A DNA stretch of 63,848 nt, filler included, from Piptocephalis cylindrospora (lineage: Eukaryota): assembly GCA_003614145.1 (NCBI GenBank). It is 24 parts of 24 records of this genome, joined end to end, with 100 filler letters (N's around TTAATTAATTAA, not from the genome) between each part and the next. Parts side by side here need not be neighbours in the genome. Positions count along the whole stretch, not along the records: positions 24,230 to 26,802 come from KZ988917.1; positions 26,903 to 29,475 come from KZ988918.1; positions 29,576 to 32,145 come from KZ988919.1; positions 32,246 to 34,703 come from KZ988920.1; positions 34,804 to 37,370 come from KZ988921.1; 19 more parts are not named here. One strand, given 5' to 3'. The notes below the pieces were generated by a model, which saw nothing but the letters and a program-made list of their open reading frames with translations, searched no databases and had not been told where the DNA came from. Of this stretch, positions 24,130 through 37,263 are shown piece after piece. The first letter of the stretch is position 1. The number at the start of each line of letters is the position of its first letter. The translations under genes and the position numbers were made by a program.

Positions 24130-25309
24130 NNNNNNNNNNNNNNNNNNNNNNNNNNNNNNNNNNNNNNNNNNNNTTAATTAATTAANNNNNNNNNNNNNNN
24201 NNNNNNNNNNNNNNNNNNNNNNNNNNNNNAGAGTCGCCCATCCAGAGAGTGAGTGAGTGAGTGAGTTAGGGGGGAGAAGGGAAGGGATGAGGTGAATTTG
24301 GGAAGAAAAGGCTAGTTCTGGCAAAAAGTCGACGACACAAGATCAAGCGGTAAGGGGTAATTGAGGCAGGACTAGGGGGGAGGGGGGAAAGGGCGGTATG
24401 AAACCTTTTGCAAACTGCTGACGTAAGTTCTTGCTGCTCAAAGTAAGGATGAGAGGGAGGGGGGTCCGTATAGGGAGAAGGGAAAGAGGGAAGAGAGAGA
24501 GAAGAGGGCTGGGCGTGTCTCGCCCTCCACACGCCCCGAGCCTTATATACGGGCGCGGTGAGTGTGCGTGTGTGCGTGTGTGGCCAGCGTTAGGCGGCTG
24601 CAATGAGGAAAGGGCGCGCTCTCCCGCTGGCAGACATGGACACACGCTGGGAAAGAAAAGGCTTCCCCGGCCTCACACTCATCCCCAGCGGTGAGGGTGG
24701 GGAGCAGGGTAAGACTCTATGATCATTGGGGGAGAGAGCGAAGGGGGGGGGGACTGACTGGTCCTTGGCCGGCTATACTGATGATGATGCTGCTGCTACT
24801 GTTGCTATGAGATCCTTTTGTGTATATATGTGCATGTACACACACGGAAGATGATGACAAGGGGAAGAAAGACGTGGTAGTACCCGTGGTGGACAACTAG
24901 GAAGAAATCACCAGAGTGGTGGTGGCAATACTATTGTTGTTCTGGGATGGTGGAGAAAAAAGGTTTGTTCCCAGGCCAGACTAAGAGTCTAACCCTAACC
25001 CTAGAAACCCTAGAGCCTTAGACCCTAGAGATAGACTGGACATTGCATCTTCCTTAGATGGAGACGGTGCTTACAAAAGGCATTCATGGGTAAAGGGGAA
25101 ATGGGAGGGGAGTAAGATGAACAACAGAGTGACCTCATGAAGGGGACCTTATCCTCCCAAACAGAGCCCCAAAAGTCGAACTTGGTCCTGTCACAATGCA
25201 GATATATCTCCTATTGAATCATCAATTACCATTCTCGAGCCAGAAGTAAAAAGGACATGGACAGCGGAAGAAACATAAGATGAAATACATGATGCATGAG
25301 GACATGATT

Positions 25310-26001
25310 TTACGATGTCTTGGGGTTAGGATCCTCGACATCCACCACTACTTCCACTTCAACATTTCCATCCTCACCCTCAACATCCACCTCCATCGCA
25401 TCACCATTTTCCATTTCCTGCTTGACCGCATCCTCCTCTTCCTGTTTTATCACATTCTCCTTCTCTTCTTCTTCGATCACGTCCTGATTTTGGACTTGCT
25501 TGTCCATCTCTTCAAGCTGAATACCAGATAGACTTTGATATGCCATGGACTCTTCAGGGTACGCATGTGCCAGTTGCCGTTGAAGCACGCCCGAGAAGGA
25601 TCGATAAGCCTGAATCTTACCTCGAGCAAATTGATTTTCCGCCGCCAAATGATCCATGTAATCCCGGATATATGCCTCTGGGTTCCCTCCTTGCTCCTCC
25701 AGATAGCTAATTCAAATCAGGAAAAGAAGGGCAGCTAGGTGAGATGGGCTTTGTTACGACAGACGGATAAGAGTACTTACTCTAGCAATTCCAAAGGAAT
25801 CAAGGTCTCAAGGGCTTCGGAAGACTTGTACGTCGTTTGCATGGTCCTAGTCAAGGTCTCTAATTTACTCTGGACCACGTCGGTCGACTCGGGCTGCAAA
25901 TCGTGCAGGGTAATGCCAAGTTCAAGAAGCTGTTGCGCTATGCTTTCTAGGTTGGTTTCGAGCTCAGCCCGTCGGCTCAACTCTGCATTTGCCTCGGGCA
26001 T
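25310..26001 (-). CDS. MED10: Mediator subunit Med10/Nut2 (intron 25780-25707)
   Basis: LLELGITLHDLQP, IPLELLDYLEEQGGNPEAYIRDY, AAENQFARGKIQAY, then an acidic tail. Confidence 0.9.
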
Positions 26002-26470
26002 GACCAGGTCAGTGAGTGGGTATGGGAAGGAGGATGGACAGGTGGATAGGCCGAGGGATGCAAAGGACAGGAGGAGTGTTGTTTAGAGGTGATAAGAATG
26101 TTCTTTGGAAATCTGGCGATCAGACGTAGTGAATGAGAATGCTCTCCTTGGGAAGAGGGGAATGGCGAAACAGTGAAGTGGACCAGGAGGATAATCTTTA
26201 CCTGGATGGCATGTTGTGCTTCTTGTTTCTACTCCTGTGTTGGGCACACGTTGTGAAGTGGCACATCTGAGCCGTAGAAATCATCTGGTATTCCAGCTCT
26301 TCTTACCTCCCCTCCATACCTATCAGCCCGTTCGTTAGGTGAAACGCGCGCACATCAACTCTAGCGGTCGTGAGTGAGGAGCACACATTACTCTTCTTTC
26401 CCTTCTTCGTACCTCAGTTTGTTAGTCCTTGTCTTTTTCAATACCAAGAACTGCCCCACCTAGCAACACC

Positions 26471-26764
26471 ATGTCGCAGTCAGATCAGATGGATGTTGAG
26501 GAAGATGTGTGGCTCGATTGCCATGACCCTTCCTCCAGCTATGACAGTGCCCCCGCCATGCCTAACCAGGTCCCTCTGCAATCCCAGCAGGGAGGGGGAG
26601 GGTGGGCAGGCGCTGGACCTCTCCAGCTTGGACCCGTCAATCCAGTCTTTACATTTTCTTCCACTAACCAGGCCAATAAACCACCGCAGCCTGGAGCATT
26701 TTCCCTTCCTACGGCAACACAACCACCACAGCCGGGGCTACAATTTCCCATCCTCTCCTCAACA
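26471..26764 (+). CDS. First exon of unidentified protein (disordered P/Q-rich N-terminus)
   Basis: MSQSDQMDVEEDVWLDCHD..., divergent from MED10, ending at a GTATCT or ATGTAT-like junction near the contig end. Confidence 0.45.
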
Positions 26765-26957
26765 TATGTATCTCGAGCCCTTTTCTACTTCAGCAGCCGC
26801 TTNNNNNNNNNNNNNNNNNNNNNNNNNNNNNNNNNNNNNNNNNNNNTTAATTAATTAANNNNNNNNNNNNNNNNNNNNNNNNNNNNNNNNNNNNNNNNNN
26901 NNGTACGTGTGAGGGAGGAGAGAGGAGGTCTGTGGGTGCTGTTCAAGCACAGGGGGT

Positions 26958-28862
26958 TTAAATGTGGCCAAGTTTGGCAACCTTGAAATTTTGATATGGG
27001 GGCTCACAGGGGGAAAAGGGGGGATCCCGGGTGGTGGGGGAAGGGGGGGGGTGGTTGTGTTGGGTATGGGCATGTGTTTGCGAACAAGCGAAAAACCTCT
27101 CCCCCCCCAATACCCCGCCCCAAAGGTCGACAATGCTAACGGTCCCCAGGATACCCCCACCCTTTTCATCTTCCAAAGTGGGTCGAGGCTCCCTTTCCTC
27201 CCTTCGGGAACGAGAGTAATGACGATGATCAGACCCCTCCTCCTCCCTTCCTGAACCCCCAAGGAGGTCACCTTGCTTGTACCATTTGCTCAAGGTTTGA
27301 TAACCCATGGACCCAAGGACTTTCACCCCACTGACCACTTCTTTCATGGAAGAGGGAGGACGGAGATGGTCGGGCAAAAGGGTTCCCATCCCTCCGGCCA
27401 GGGACCTCTCCTTGCTCTCTCCTCCCCCATTGGCCTGACTTTGTCCATGAGAGGAGGAGGAAGGGGAAGAGGAGGAGGGGGAGGAGGAGGCCCCTGAAGG
27501 AAGAACGGGGCCCGAGGGGACCTTGGTGGTCGGTAGAATGGGAGATGGGTGGGTAGAGAGGTAGGCGAGGAGACGATGGCCAAGACCGAAAATGGGGCCT
27601 CCATCACCATCTCTTTCCATAATGGCAGCATCCCGAATGACTCCGTATTGAGGATAATCCGAATGGTTGGTAGAAAAGAGGGCAATGCCACCTCCTTGAT
27701 ATCCCTATATATGAAAAGGAAATTAGCAGGAGTAGGGTGAAGAGGGGAGAAGAGAGAAGAAAGAGCTTACCACAGCAATGGTGTGACGAGTGAGGGAGAT
27801 GTGGGTGGCTGATGGAGAAGACATGGACCAATCTCTCTCCTCCTCGTCATTCTCTTCATCTTCATCTTGATCTATATCACTTTCCTTTTCTCCTTGATTT
27901 TCCTCATCCATATGCCTCTTGTCCCTTCCCTTCATACTGCCTTGCAGAGTGAGGGTGCGTAGGATACGCTGATACTGTAAAGAGTAGACCATGGCCTCTT
28001 GCGTTGCCCCAGGACCCTTGGTCTTTTGGGCCAAGAGAAGAACAAGTGGCCCATGATCAAGTGCCTCCTCTTCCTCATCCCCCTTTTTTGGGAGGGTGGG
28101 AGAGGAAAGAGGAAGGATGGAGGTAACGTGGAAGAGCCCAGAACCCTCCCGCAGACTCACCATCTCCTCCACTTCTCCTATGCCGGCAGAAGACACAGTG
28201 GAAGGTGAGGATCCATGGGTGGGTGGGAGCCTCCAAACCTGTAGACCATCGGAATAACCGAGAAAAAGATGAGGTCTTTGTCCTGTGACCCCCTTATACC
28301 CCTCATCCCTGCCCCAGGGAAGAAGGGAGATGTGGGAATAGAGGGGAGTGGGGGATAGGGAAGGAGGGGAGCGTGGTGATGAGGATGAAGAAGGATGATG
28401 GGCCGTGCGCCTCCCATACGCCTCCTCATCCCTCCCCTCGAATGCATAGGGATCCACCGAAGTATGGGATCTGGCAAAGGACGACTGAAAGTGACCTTGG
28501 GGCATGGAGGGAGAGGGATGGGGGGGAAAGTCGATAGTGTCCGATAGAGAATGGGATCTTTGGAATCGGGACTTTGCACCTTCATCCCGCCTCCTCCTCC
28601 TATCCCCTTCCTCCTCCTCCTCCTCCTCCTCCTCCTCCTCCTGCTGATAAGCCTCTTCATCGTAATAAGGATCGTGTCCATAGTAGGATGGAGAATAGGG
28701 AGAGGTAGGAAGAGCCTTCCTTCGTCTTGCCTCGACAGCCCTACCCGACCTCCTCTTTCCCGTACCCTCCTCCTCGACTGTTTCCTCATCATCCCCCTCC
28801 TCCATCACTTCACCCTCTCCCTTGTTACCCATGTCATCCGGATGTTGTGGGTAATGCCTCAT
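26958..28862 (-). CDS. BCAS3-like WD40/beta-propeller autophagy protein, N-terminal part (intron ~27770-27727)
   Basis: LFLGYSDGLQVW, EEMVSLRE, MVYSLQYQRILRTL and PIFGLGHRLLAY resemble BCAS3-family motifs. The 3' end is low quality. Confidence 0.65.
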
Positions 28863-29575
28863 GCCACGAGACGGTGGATGATGGGGCCTGTGAGATCTTC
28901 TTGAAGGCCCCCTCGGACGGATAGTGCATGGGGGGGGGATTATAAGGAGAGGGGGGGGGNNNNNNNNNNAGAAGGGGAGGAGGAAGAGGAAGAAGAATGG
29001 CCTTTACTGGTGAGATGATCGGGAAGGTGCTTGGATACTTGACCTGCAAAGGAATGTAGAGTAGCAGAGACGGATTCTAGGGTGGAGGGGCTCCTGACGA
29101 AGGAAGATGACGTCATTAAGAGAGAGAGAGTGTCACGTTTACACGAGTGGATACATCGACCGTTGGACTTACCTAACCAACCTGGGCTGGGCCCTCATGC
29201 CAGCATGAATCATGGGGGAAGGGGAGGGGGAATGATGTCTTTGAGGAAAGGTCGATCTCTCGGCTGATCTGGCCAAGAGAGATTGGTCGGAAAGGACCTG
29301 GGATGGAAGGGGGGTCTCTTTCTTGGACATGGTGGAGAAGGGGAGGAAGGGGGCTGTGGTGGTGCGACGTGGATACTTTGAATAATGGGATGCCTACTTG
29401 AATAAGAGCAAGGAGGAGGAAGATGCGCACTATTAAGCGTCAAACGGAATATCTTCGCATCCTCGGCATGACCGGNNNNNNNNNNNNNNNNNNNNNNNNN
29501 NNNNNNNNNNNNNNNNNNNTTAATTAATTAANNNNNNNNNNNNNNNNNNNNNNNNNNNNNNNNNNNNNNNNNNNN

Positions 29576-30386
29576 TCTACTGGATCCCACGTAGATGCCT
29601 TGAAGCAAATCTGCATAAGGGGGCAAAAAGAAAGGGTAAAGTAAGTAGGGTATTAACACGTGTGAATGAAGCCAGGCCTGCTGATAACCCCCTTCTGATG
29701 CCCACCAGCTCACTCAAAGCAATAAATATACAGAAGCCCCCAAATCTAAGCAGCCTTTCCTCCTGTACATACCGTCAAGCCCATCATCCACAAATCCTGC
29801 GCCCAGCTTTCCTGGTTGCTTGATCTTGAGCTTCTTCTCCAGTCTGCGTAGATCTTGGTCCTCCACGTCTTCATCATCATCCTTTTTCCGTTTGAAAGCC
29901 TTCTTTTCGTCATTATTAGAGTGCTTTTCTTTGAGTTTGGTCTTGCTCATGGAGGGAGCTTCCCTGTCAGCGCGTTTTGATGCTGATTTTGAAGCTGGTG
30001 GAAGAGCTTTCTTGGCAGGGACCTTAGCGCCCTCATTAGCGACATGAGACTTATAGGCCCCATTTGCTTGCGTCCTGGATCCACCATGTCGTTTTGCTTG
30101 TCGCATCTGCTTTCGTAAGGCCTTGCGGTCGGTAATGGTATTCACAGGACGTTGACCTTTTCCGGGAAGAAAATAAGAGACTTGATTCATGAAAATAAGA
30201 TCTGTCATCCCCCTTCTACTTACCTTTGCGAGCTTTAGAGCCCTCCTCAAGTTCCTCAAGCAGGGCCTTGGGAAGGTCGGTGGTTTTGCTGGATCCGTCC
30301 TTGCCGCTCCGGCCACCACCGCTCCGACCACCACCGCCCCGACCGCGTCCTCCTCTCGAACCCTGCTTTGTTTTTATAGGTCCCAT
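29576..30386 (-). CDS. SGD1: Sgd1/NOM1 nucleolar MIF4G protein, N-terminus (3 exons)
   Basis: LPKALLEEL, RKALRKQMRQAKR and EDQDLRRLEKKLKIK..GFVDDGLD|DLLQGI. Confidence 0.75.
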
Positions 30387-32785
30387 GAATTTAAAGGTAA
30401 GAGTTATGCGATGAGAGAGAATGGGAAGGGAGAGACTAGCTAGAGGAGTAAGGCGTAGTGGCCTGTCTCGGGTTTCCCCTCTAACCTGATGACCCGCCGC
30501 ACAACAATGATGGTATGGCACAACCTGTGGGGGTACTCTTGATTTTCACAGTATTTTCACGAGCGCCCCTTATTCTTGGTACAATACATTGGCTCGGGCA
30601 CTGAATGAGTAAAGTTTCTGACAATACCCTTAAACATGAAATAATGAGAAAAGAAAGGCCCAACCAGGGAATCATGAGTCATTCAGGAAACTGCACCAAT
30701 GCATCTCCAGACGAAATTTGGAAGCGGTACTCCAAAAAAACCTACCCCTTTCATTTCTGAAATGTGCAGGCGCAATTCAAGCTCAGAAATCATTTTCACT
30801 GGTGCTCGCAGCCCCAATTATAGCTTCGGGGGACGTGATGTGTATTCGTGTATTACCATGAGATAAGTATGATTTTTCTCTATATGAATGCTTCCCCATA
30901 GCACAAGGAGCCACCAAAGGATTCGACCTTGACGACTCTATCATCCTAGAAGGCCTGTAAGAACCCTTTGTCCCCTTCGATGATATTCATCCTGCATTCT
31001 TAAATACTTTGGAGTTGGGATAGAAAAATATATCGCTCCCCCCCCTATATTTCAACAACTCACTCATAATAGCCTTGCTCACCCGAGCTAGAAGCTGACT
31101 CGACGGCATTTCAGCATGGCACACATCCTTAAGAATGAGATCTGTGACCCTAGGCACCGCTATGGATAATCTAATCGGTTACATGCTGGCATTGATCATG
31201 TAACGGCTAAAGGCAATTTCCTTAATTATATTGTCAAAAGGGTGGCCAGTGCCTCTTGATGTGGCCTGGCCACGTGTCTCTCAATGGATCGTTGTATCCG
31301 AGGTGCGATCACTCGGTACGACCCACATATTTGACGACTAATGAGCTACTTGACCCACCGGAAAATGGTACATCCAGATCATAAAGGCTTTGGAAAAGAA
31401 TTTGAATAATGTAATCATCCACATAGTCAACATGGACTAAACTTGTCGAGCCCATTCTAACCTCGGTCGTGAGGAGGAACTTTATAGAAGGGCTATATAA
31501 AGAACTATCGCAATGATACATTTTGATTCTAAATAACAAGCGACTTGCGGTACAAGTTGGCGTATACCTTTCTCATTTTCTTATAGTGTCCTAGTAATAT
31601 AGCATAGTTCAACGACTTTCTTCGATCTCTAATCCTTCTTCCTATACTCTGATCCTTTACGATTCAAAATATTATAGTGGAGCTGATTCTGGGATGCTTT
31701 TAGTAGAACCTTGAGAATGGCGCTATATATTGAGCGATAGGGATTTGTCCTACTGGCATCCATAATCTTTTCATTATCCTCCCTTGTAGCCTACATGGAT
31801 ACTTGGGATTTTATGAGCAAAAACTCCATGAAACATACAGTGATCTTGACCCCATCGCTCTCTACCAAATTCATACTTTGGAAACATTACTCTTCATGGG
31901 TACTTCAAGGACCAGAATGTGTGGGGGCTAAGCCCTGACGCCCACTGCCATTTTACTTTTCTCAATAGACCAAAAGCGTATCCGCATCTATTCGAGGCAG
32001 AGACCTTGGTGCTAGAATTCTGCATGATTACTCTTGGCAAAAGTGACTTTGTTCGGCTTGACTTGAAAAACCTTTATATTGAGTGTTCCCTTTTTTTTCC
32101 ACCGAAAATTTGCGTGGCACAGAGAGATACACAGAACTGCCTAGCNNNNNNNNNNNNNNNNNNNNNNNNNNNNNNNNNNNNNNNNNNNNTTAATTAATTA
32201 ANNNNNNNNNNNNNNNNNNNNNNNNNNNNNNNNNNNNNNNNNNNNTCAAAGGGGTGTAGGGAAATACTTGGAGATAAGCATTGTTGAAATGATAAGGGGT
32301 TATCATTATCACAAGTACAGGATAATAACGCAAAACCCGGCTATACTTTGGCGGATCTGCATTGACCACCTAAGAATGAGCAGCAAAAGGGGCGGCACAT
32401 AGGACAGAAGGATCCGAGGATAAATGGGCAAGCGAGTGGGAGGGTCCCAGGATGGCCATGCATATCTTGTGCCATAACTGTATACAAAAAAGACCATATT
32501 TCTCCAATCTCATGATTAAATGCGCCTTACCAAAGATAGAATAAGGTGAAGGCAGCATCCTACCTTTGATGACAGCATCGTCAATCCCCATTCTATCTTT
32601 GGCAAGGGACGACAATGATAATAGCAGCAACAGCCTATCCTCGTTAACAAACATCAATAATCCTTTGATGGCAATCATCCATTCCTCTTTCACCTCTTCG
32701 CAGAAACAAAATACCATCCCAATCCCTCCCTTCCATAGCCTCTAGTAAGAAGACGAGCAGGGTAATACACCACTCATCACCAGCC

Positions 32786-34703
32786 TTACATGGGCATTCC
32801 ACCCATTTTCCGCAAATTCTTGGCATGTTCAGGGTGCGTGGCCGCAAAGGCAATCTGTGCTTTGCATGCCTAATCAGAAGGGTCACATAGGAGTAAAGTC
32901 AGTACAACGAGCTTATAGACCCATCCAACCAAGCTCGCCCTCCCACCCAACACTTACATAGAGATACTGTAGGGCCTGGGACATTTCCTCTTGGGTCCGA
33001 GCTAGCCCGGCGACAGATTCAAAGAGCTCAGCCGCCCCAGGAAGATCGTCCTTTTGCATTCGCAACTGCGCAAGGTGCACATAAGCCAGGTCACATCCGG
33101 AATCCACCTCGATTGCCTTGGTAAGGGCCTCCTCCATACCTTGGAGATCCTGCTTCCATTGCATACGCAACAAGGCTTCGTTGACCCAAGCAAGGCCACT
33201 GGTCGGGTCGAGTTCCCGAGCCTCAGTCAAGATACGACTGGCCTCCTCAAATTCATTCTGATCGATGAGAAGCTCGGAGAAGTTGATACGAGCGTACAGA
33301 GAGGATGGGTTATCCCGGATAGAGGACCGGAACGTGCGGAGCGCCAGCTCCTTCTTTTCTTGCCGGTACTGCGCAACCCCCAGCTGGATCCGCGCTACCA
33401 CCGATGTCGGGTCCAATTGGATCGCCTTACGGTAATCCTGCACTGCCTCATCTAGCTGTTGAAGGATAAAGTAGACTTGACCCCGATGGTAATGGAGATC
33501 TGCATCATCTGGGTTAAGTTCTTCAGCCTTGGAAAACAGTTCCATGGCTCCGGCTACATTGGAGGCCTCAACGAGGAGACAAGCGCGCTTGACCATGGCC
33601 TCAACCATCCGGGCCTTGGAAGCCTCATCCGCCTCCTCCCCTCCCTCCTCTTCCCGCTTCACCGCCTCCTCAAATGCTTGGGCTGCCCCGGTTCCGTCTC
33701 CTCGGACAAACCGGAACGTTCCGCGCATGATGAGTGACCGGACAGCTGGGCCCTTCTCCTCACAGCCTTGCTCTAGAGCCCGCTCGTACGCTGCCTCAGC
33801 CCGCGCATAATCCCCTTGGCGCATCCGGCGCTCCGCTTCGGCGTAATGCTCCTGTCCTGACGCATCCTCAGCCGGAACAGGCGCATCCTCGCCAAGGGCA
33901 TGGGGATACTCGGCATCACTACGGCTTCTCTGGAAGGATTCCATGTAGGTCTTGAGGACGTGTCCGGTGGGAAGGACCTTAGGCTTGCTCTTCATCCGCT
34001 CCACAGCTCCCTGGGAGGCGATGGCCTGTAGGACCCGCTCCATGCCCTGGTTGGCCGTCTGGTTCTTAAAGTCTTCCAGGACACAGGCTGCTGTGAGATC
34101 ATTAAGCGCCTTTTCCAGTTCCCCAACCTTCTCGTACGCGAGACCTCGTCGGTTCAGGGCCTTGACATAAGTGGGATCCCGACGCAGGGCTGCATCGCAT
34201 GCTTCAATGCACTCGGAGTGCTTGGATTGCGCAGCGTAGCAAGCCGCACGATTCGCGTGGAAGATGGCCGAGCTTGGGTTGAAGTGGGATGCCGCCGAGT
34301 ACGCCTCGATGGCCGGCTTAAAGTTCTTCTTCTGGAAGAACGAGTTTCCCCGCACTTTAAGGGCTTGAGCGTGCTCTTCCCGAGTCTTCTTGGGCAGTGC
34401 TTCAATCTGCTGGGCAGTGTAAGCCAACAAAGCCACCACGGGATCCTCCACTTCCTCAAGTAAGGGGCCATCCTGATCCTTTCCGGAGGCGGGACGCGTC
34501 GGCGTTGAAGTTCCCGATGTAAGTGGAGACGATGTCGTCGTAGAGGCCCCCGAGGTCTTTCCTCGGCCTCGGCCCCCACTACGCTTCCCCGAGGTTTTTC
34601 CTCGAGCCCGGCTAGACCGGCGCTTCTCCTCAGTCGGCGATGCGGTGAGGATCCAGATACCTAAGCCAGCTGCTACCACCGACCCCACCACTAAAGCCAT
34701 GGT
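32786..34703 (-). CDS. TOM70: Mitochondrial import receptor Tom70 (intron ~32958-32870; N-terminus truncated)
   Basis: N-terminal signal-anchor TM, then clamp TPRs (LKVRGNSFF, FHANRAACY, YVKALNRRG, ALNDLTAAC), HYHRGQVYFI and IQLGVAQY. Confidence 0.95.
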
Positions 34704-34803
34704 NNNNNNNNNNNNNNNNNNNNNNNNNNNNNNNNNNNNNNNNNNNNTTAATTAATTAANNNNNNNNNNNNNNNNNNNNNNNNNNNNNNNNNNNNNNNNN
34801 NNN

Positions 34804-36083
34804 CTTGTGTAAAATTTTCGGTAAAGGAGTGTCGGTTCATCGATTTGGTAATGGCTTCATCTAGCTGAGAAAGGAAGGCTCCCATGGATCCGAGATATCC
34901 TTCGTGCCTCAGGAAAAGTGCCTGGACCTTTCCCTTGGACCAGAACTTGATGGCATACGATAGGGTCCCCATGGTGATAGGGTGACCTCGAATAAAATAT
35001 CCGCCAAAGTAGATACGGTCCAAACCATGGGCCTGGGCATTTAGGTAGGCGATCTGCCCAATGTTATTCGACACCATATACAACAGGGATCGGGCAATAT
35101 CTTCCGACTGATACTTGCCACCCATGCCCTTGCGGAACACCTTGCCCATGGAAGAGGCAATCGTCGTGGCCTTGAGTCCAATCTTAGAGTAGTCATCCCC
35201 GTAGATATCCCCCACCAACAGATCCACACGTTCATTGTTTCCCCGAGTACTCATCTTGAGAACATCATCAAAGGACTCGGCGTCTGTCAGAAGGGAAAGT
35301 AAACCCCAGAGCGTCCCGCCTCCTAGAGAAGTCCCGCTGATTCGCTCAAAGGTGCCAGGCCCCGTCACCTTAAGGATACTTACTCCAGACCCAATGTTCA
35401 CCAGCATATACGGGAATAAACTAGAGGGCGTATCTTTGTACTCAATGCTCTGATCCTTGTTCTCCGCATGTTGCGGTTCCTCATAGGTAAAGGCTTCATA
35501 GGGGATCTCCTGCAAGAGGAAGTTGCAGCCTTGGATTAACGCCCGCATCTCATCCACTCGCTTCACCTCAACCCCCAATGATTCACACAGCCTGTCGTAA
35601 AAGAGATGTGCACCCCCACCTGTCGCATACAGCACAGGTAGTGGATGTCCCTGGATCCGGAGGGGGAAGCGGTGAAAGAGATCCTTGAGAAAATGGATGC
35701 ACACATCAATCTTTTCCGTCTCAAACCGTGCAAAATTGAGCCTTCCACCTGGATGGGAAGGGTCTGTGGAAAAGTACACCACTTTGGCCAGGGAGCCGCC
35801 AATCTAGAGAACCCAAGGGAGAGTGGGAAGGATGGACGATAGATATGAAGACAGGTCAACCCTTGCCAATATGGCGCGAATACACACAAAGCTACATCTT
35901 CCGCCCTCTGTAACGTACATCAACGGCGACATGATAAACATCATCTGTATGATTGGGAAAGACAATATCACGGGTCTCGTAGGGCATATGCGATTCCGAG
36001 GAGATGGACGCTCCTTCAACATTCATCATGCTTGAGGTCGAGGGTCTTCGACTATTGGACGTGACAGACCTTGGAATGTTCAT
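34804..36083 (-). CDS. CAB1: Type II pantothenate kinase (Fumble), partial (intron 35918-35804)
   Basis: AVDIGGSLAK, ATGGGAH, YMLVNIGSGVSI, GGGTLWGL, VGDIYG, ASSMGK and FLRHEGYLG. Confidence 0.97.
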
Positions 36084-36642
36084 GGTATAGGGGTGGGAAA
36101 GAGAAGAAGGATGGATAGGGGGGAGAGGGTAAGAGTGAGAATCAATAGCTACCTTCCAGGCCTACTTATGAGGTGCACCGACGCCCTCGATTGTGCATTT
36201 TGAGTCGAGTTAGTCATTAAGCCGCAGCCTCCCACGGACACACGCAGGCTCGGTCATCATTTCATCAGGCGCATTTTCACCAGAGACCCCCTAGCCGAGA
36301 CCTGTCTCTGTCCCCTCAAACCCGTCAAAGAGCCGCGATATTCACACGCCACACCATGCGGTGTGTTGTTATTCTATGTCTCCTAGCACAGGAATAGTCA
36401 TGCGCTCTAGAAATGAGCCCTTTCATGAGAAGTTATCTATATCTCATCTAACACATATCTCTCCCCTTCCCTTTTTCTCCTTGTACGCCCAAATGCCTAG
36501 ATACACTCGCCATGCATTTCACTAGGCCCGCTCATTACACATGCAAATAAGCAAGACCAAATGGACCAATTCGTCTTTCCTTTCACAAGGTACTCAGTAG
36601 TACACGTATATGCATGTCCTATCATGAGATCATCTTCTAAAA

Positions 36643-37263
36643 TCATGACCAGCCCGAGGTTGTTGGAGTCTCACTCTGTCCCTTTTCCGTGTTCTCGCCC
36701 CATCCAGCAGGTTCGGTTTCCTTGGATACTGCACTCCCCCAGCCATTCTCTTTGGCGGCCGCATCCTTCTGGGCTTCCGTCGACCCTTCTCCCTCCCATT
36801 CAGTCTTCTTGGGCTGCTCCATGGTTTGGGGCGAACGATCACCACCAACACCATTTTCCTCTGGCTTGGCAACGTTCCGGAGATTACGGGTGTCAGCCCC
36901 ATCTTGGACAGATCCATTAGTAGAGCTATCATTAGTCTGAGAAGCCCCTCCATGATCCCGTTCACTGGGCTCGGAAAAGGATGTATCCGTCTTGGAGGGC
37001 CCGTTCCAATTGCTATGATCGGGTATAGGGACGTCAATCCTGGAGGGCTCAGCCTGGCGGCTTGGTTCGGTAGTAGGAGATTCTTTCCAGGAGGATTCGC
37101 CCCAATTGCTGGAGTTTGAGGCCGGGGCCTCAGAAGATCCCCAACCACTGGCTCCAGTCAGCTTGGAGGGAGGCTCTGTTTTTCCCCATGCTCCGACAAC
37201 GGGAGCACTGGAATCGTATTTGGCATCACCCCAACCCCCATTTCCACCACCACCATGCTCCCT
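36643..37263 (-). CDS. Terminal exon encoding a disordered WG/GW-repeat tail (not in ORF track)
   Basis: 207-codon stop-terminated frame after intron 37359-37264 (GTGAGT...CCCTAG): GGWGD, GAWGK, SGWGS, NWGE, NGWGS, AGWGE, SGWS*. Confidence 0.7.
   Translation of the reverse strand, partial: REHGGGGNGGWGDAKYDSSAPVVGAWGKTEPPSKLTGASGWGSSEAPASNSSNWGESSWKESPTTEPSRQAEPSRIDVPIPDHSNWNGPSKTDTSFSEPSERDHGGASQTNDSSTNGSVQDGADTRNLRNVAKPEENGVGGDRSPQTMEQPKKTEWEGEGSTEAQKDAAAKENGWGSAVSKETEPAGWGENTEKGQSETPTTSGWS

Noticed and set aside
30408..30415. PAC motif GCGATGAG upstream of SGD1
   Set aside because: The same 8-mer occurs near SYP1 (~1290) and in a TOK intron (~3788). About two hits are expected by chance in this length.
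31309..31539. YVDD motif in a short ORF as a Copia reverse transcriptase relic
   Set aside because: No other RT motifs are recognisable in the flanking frames.
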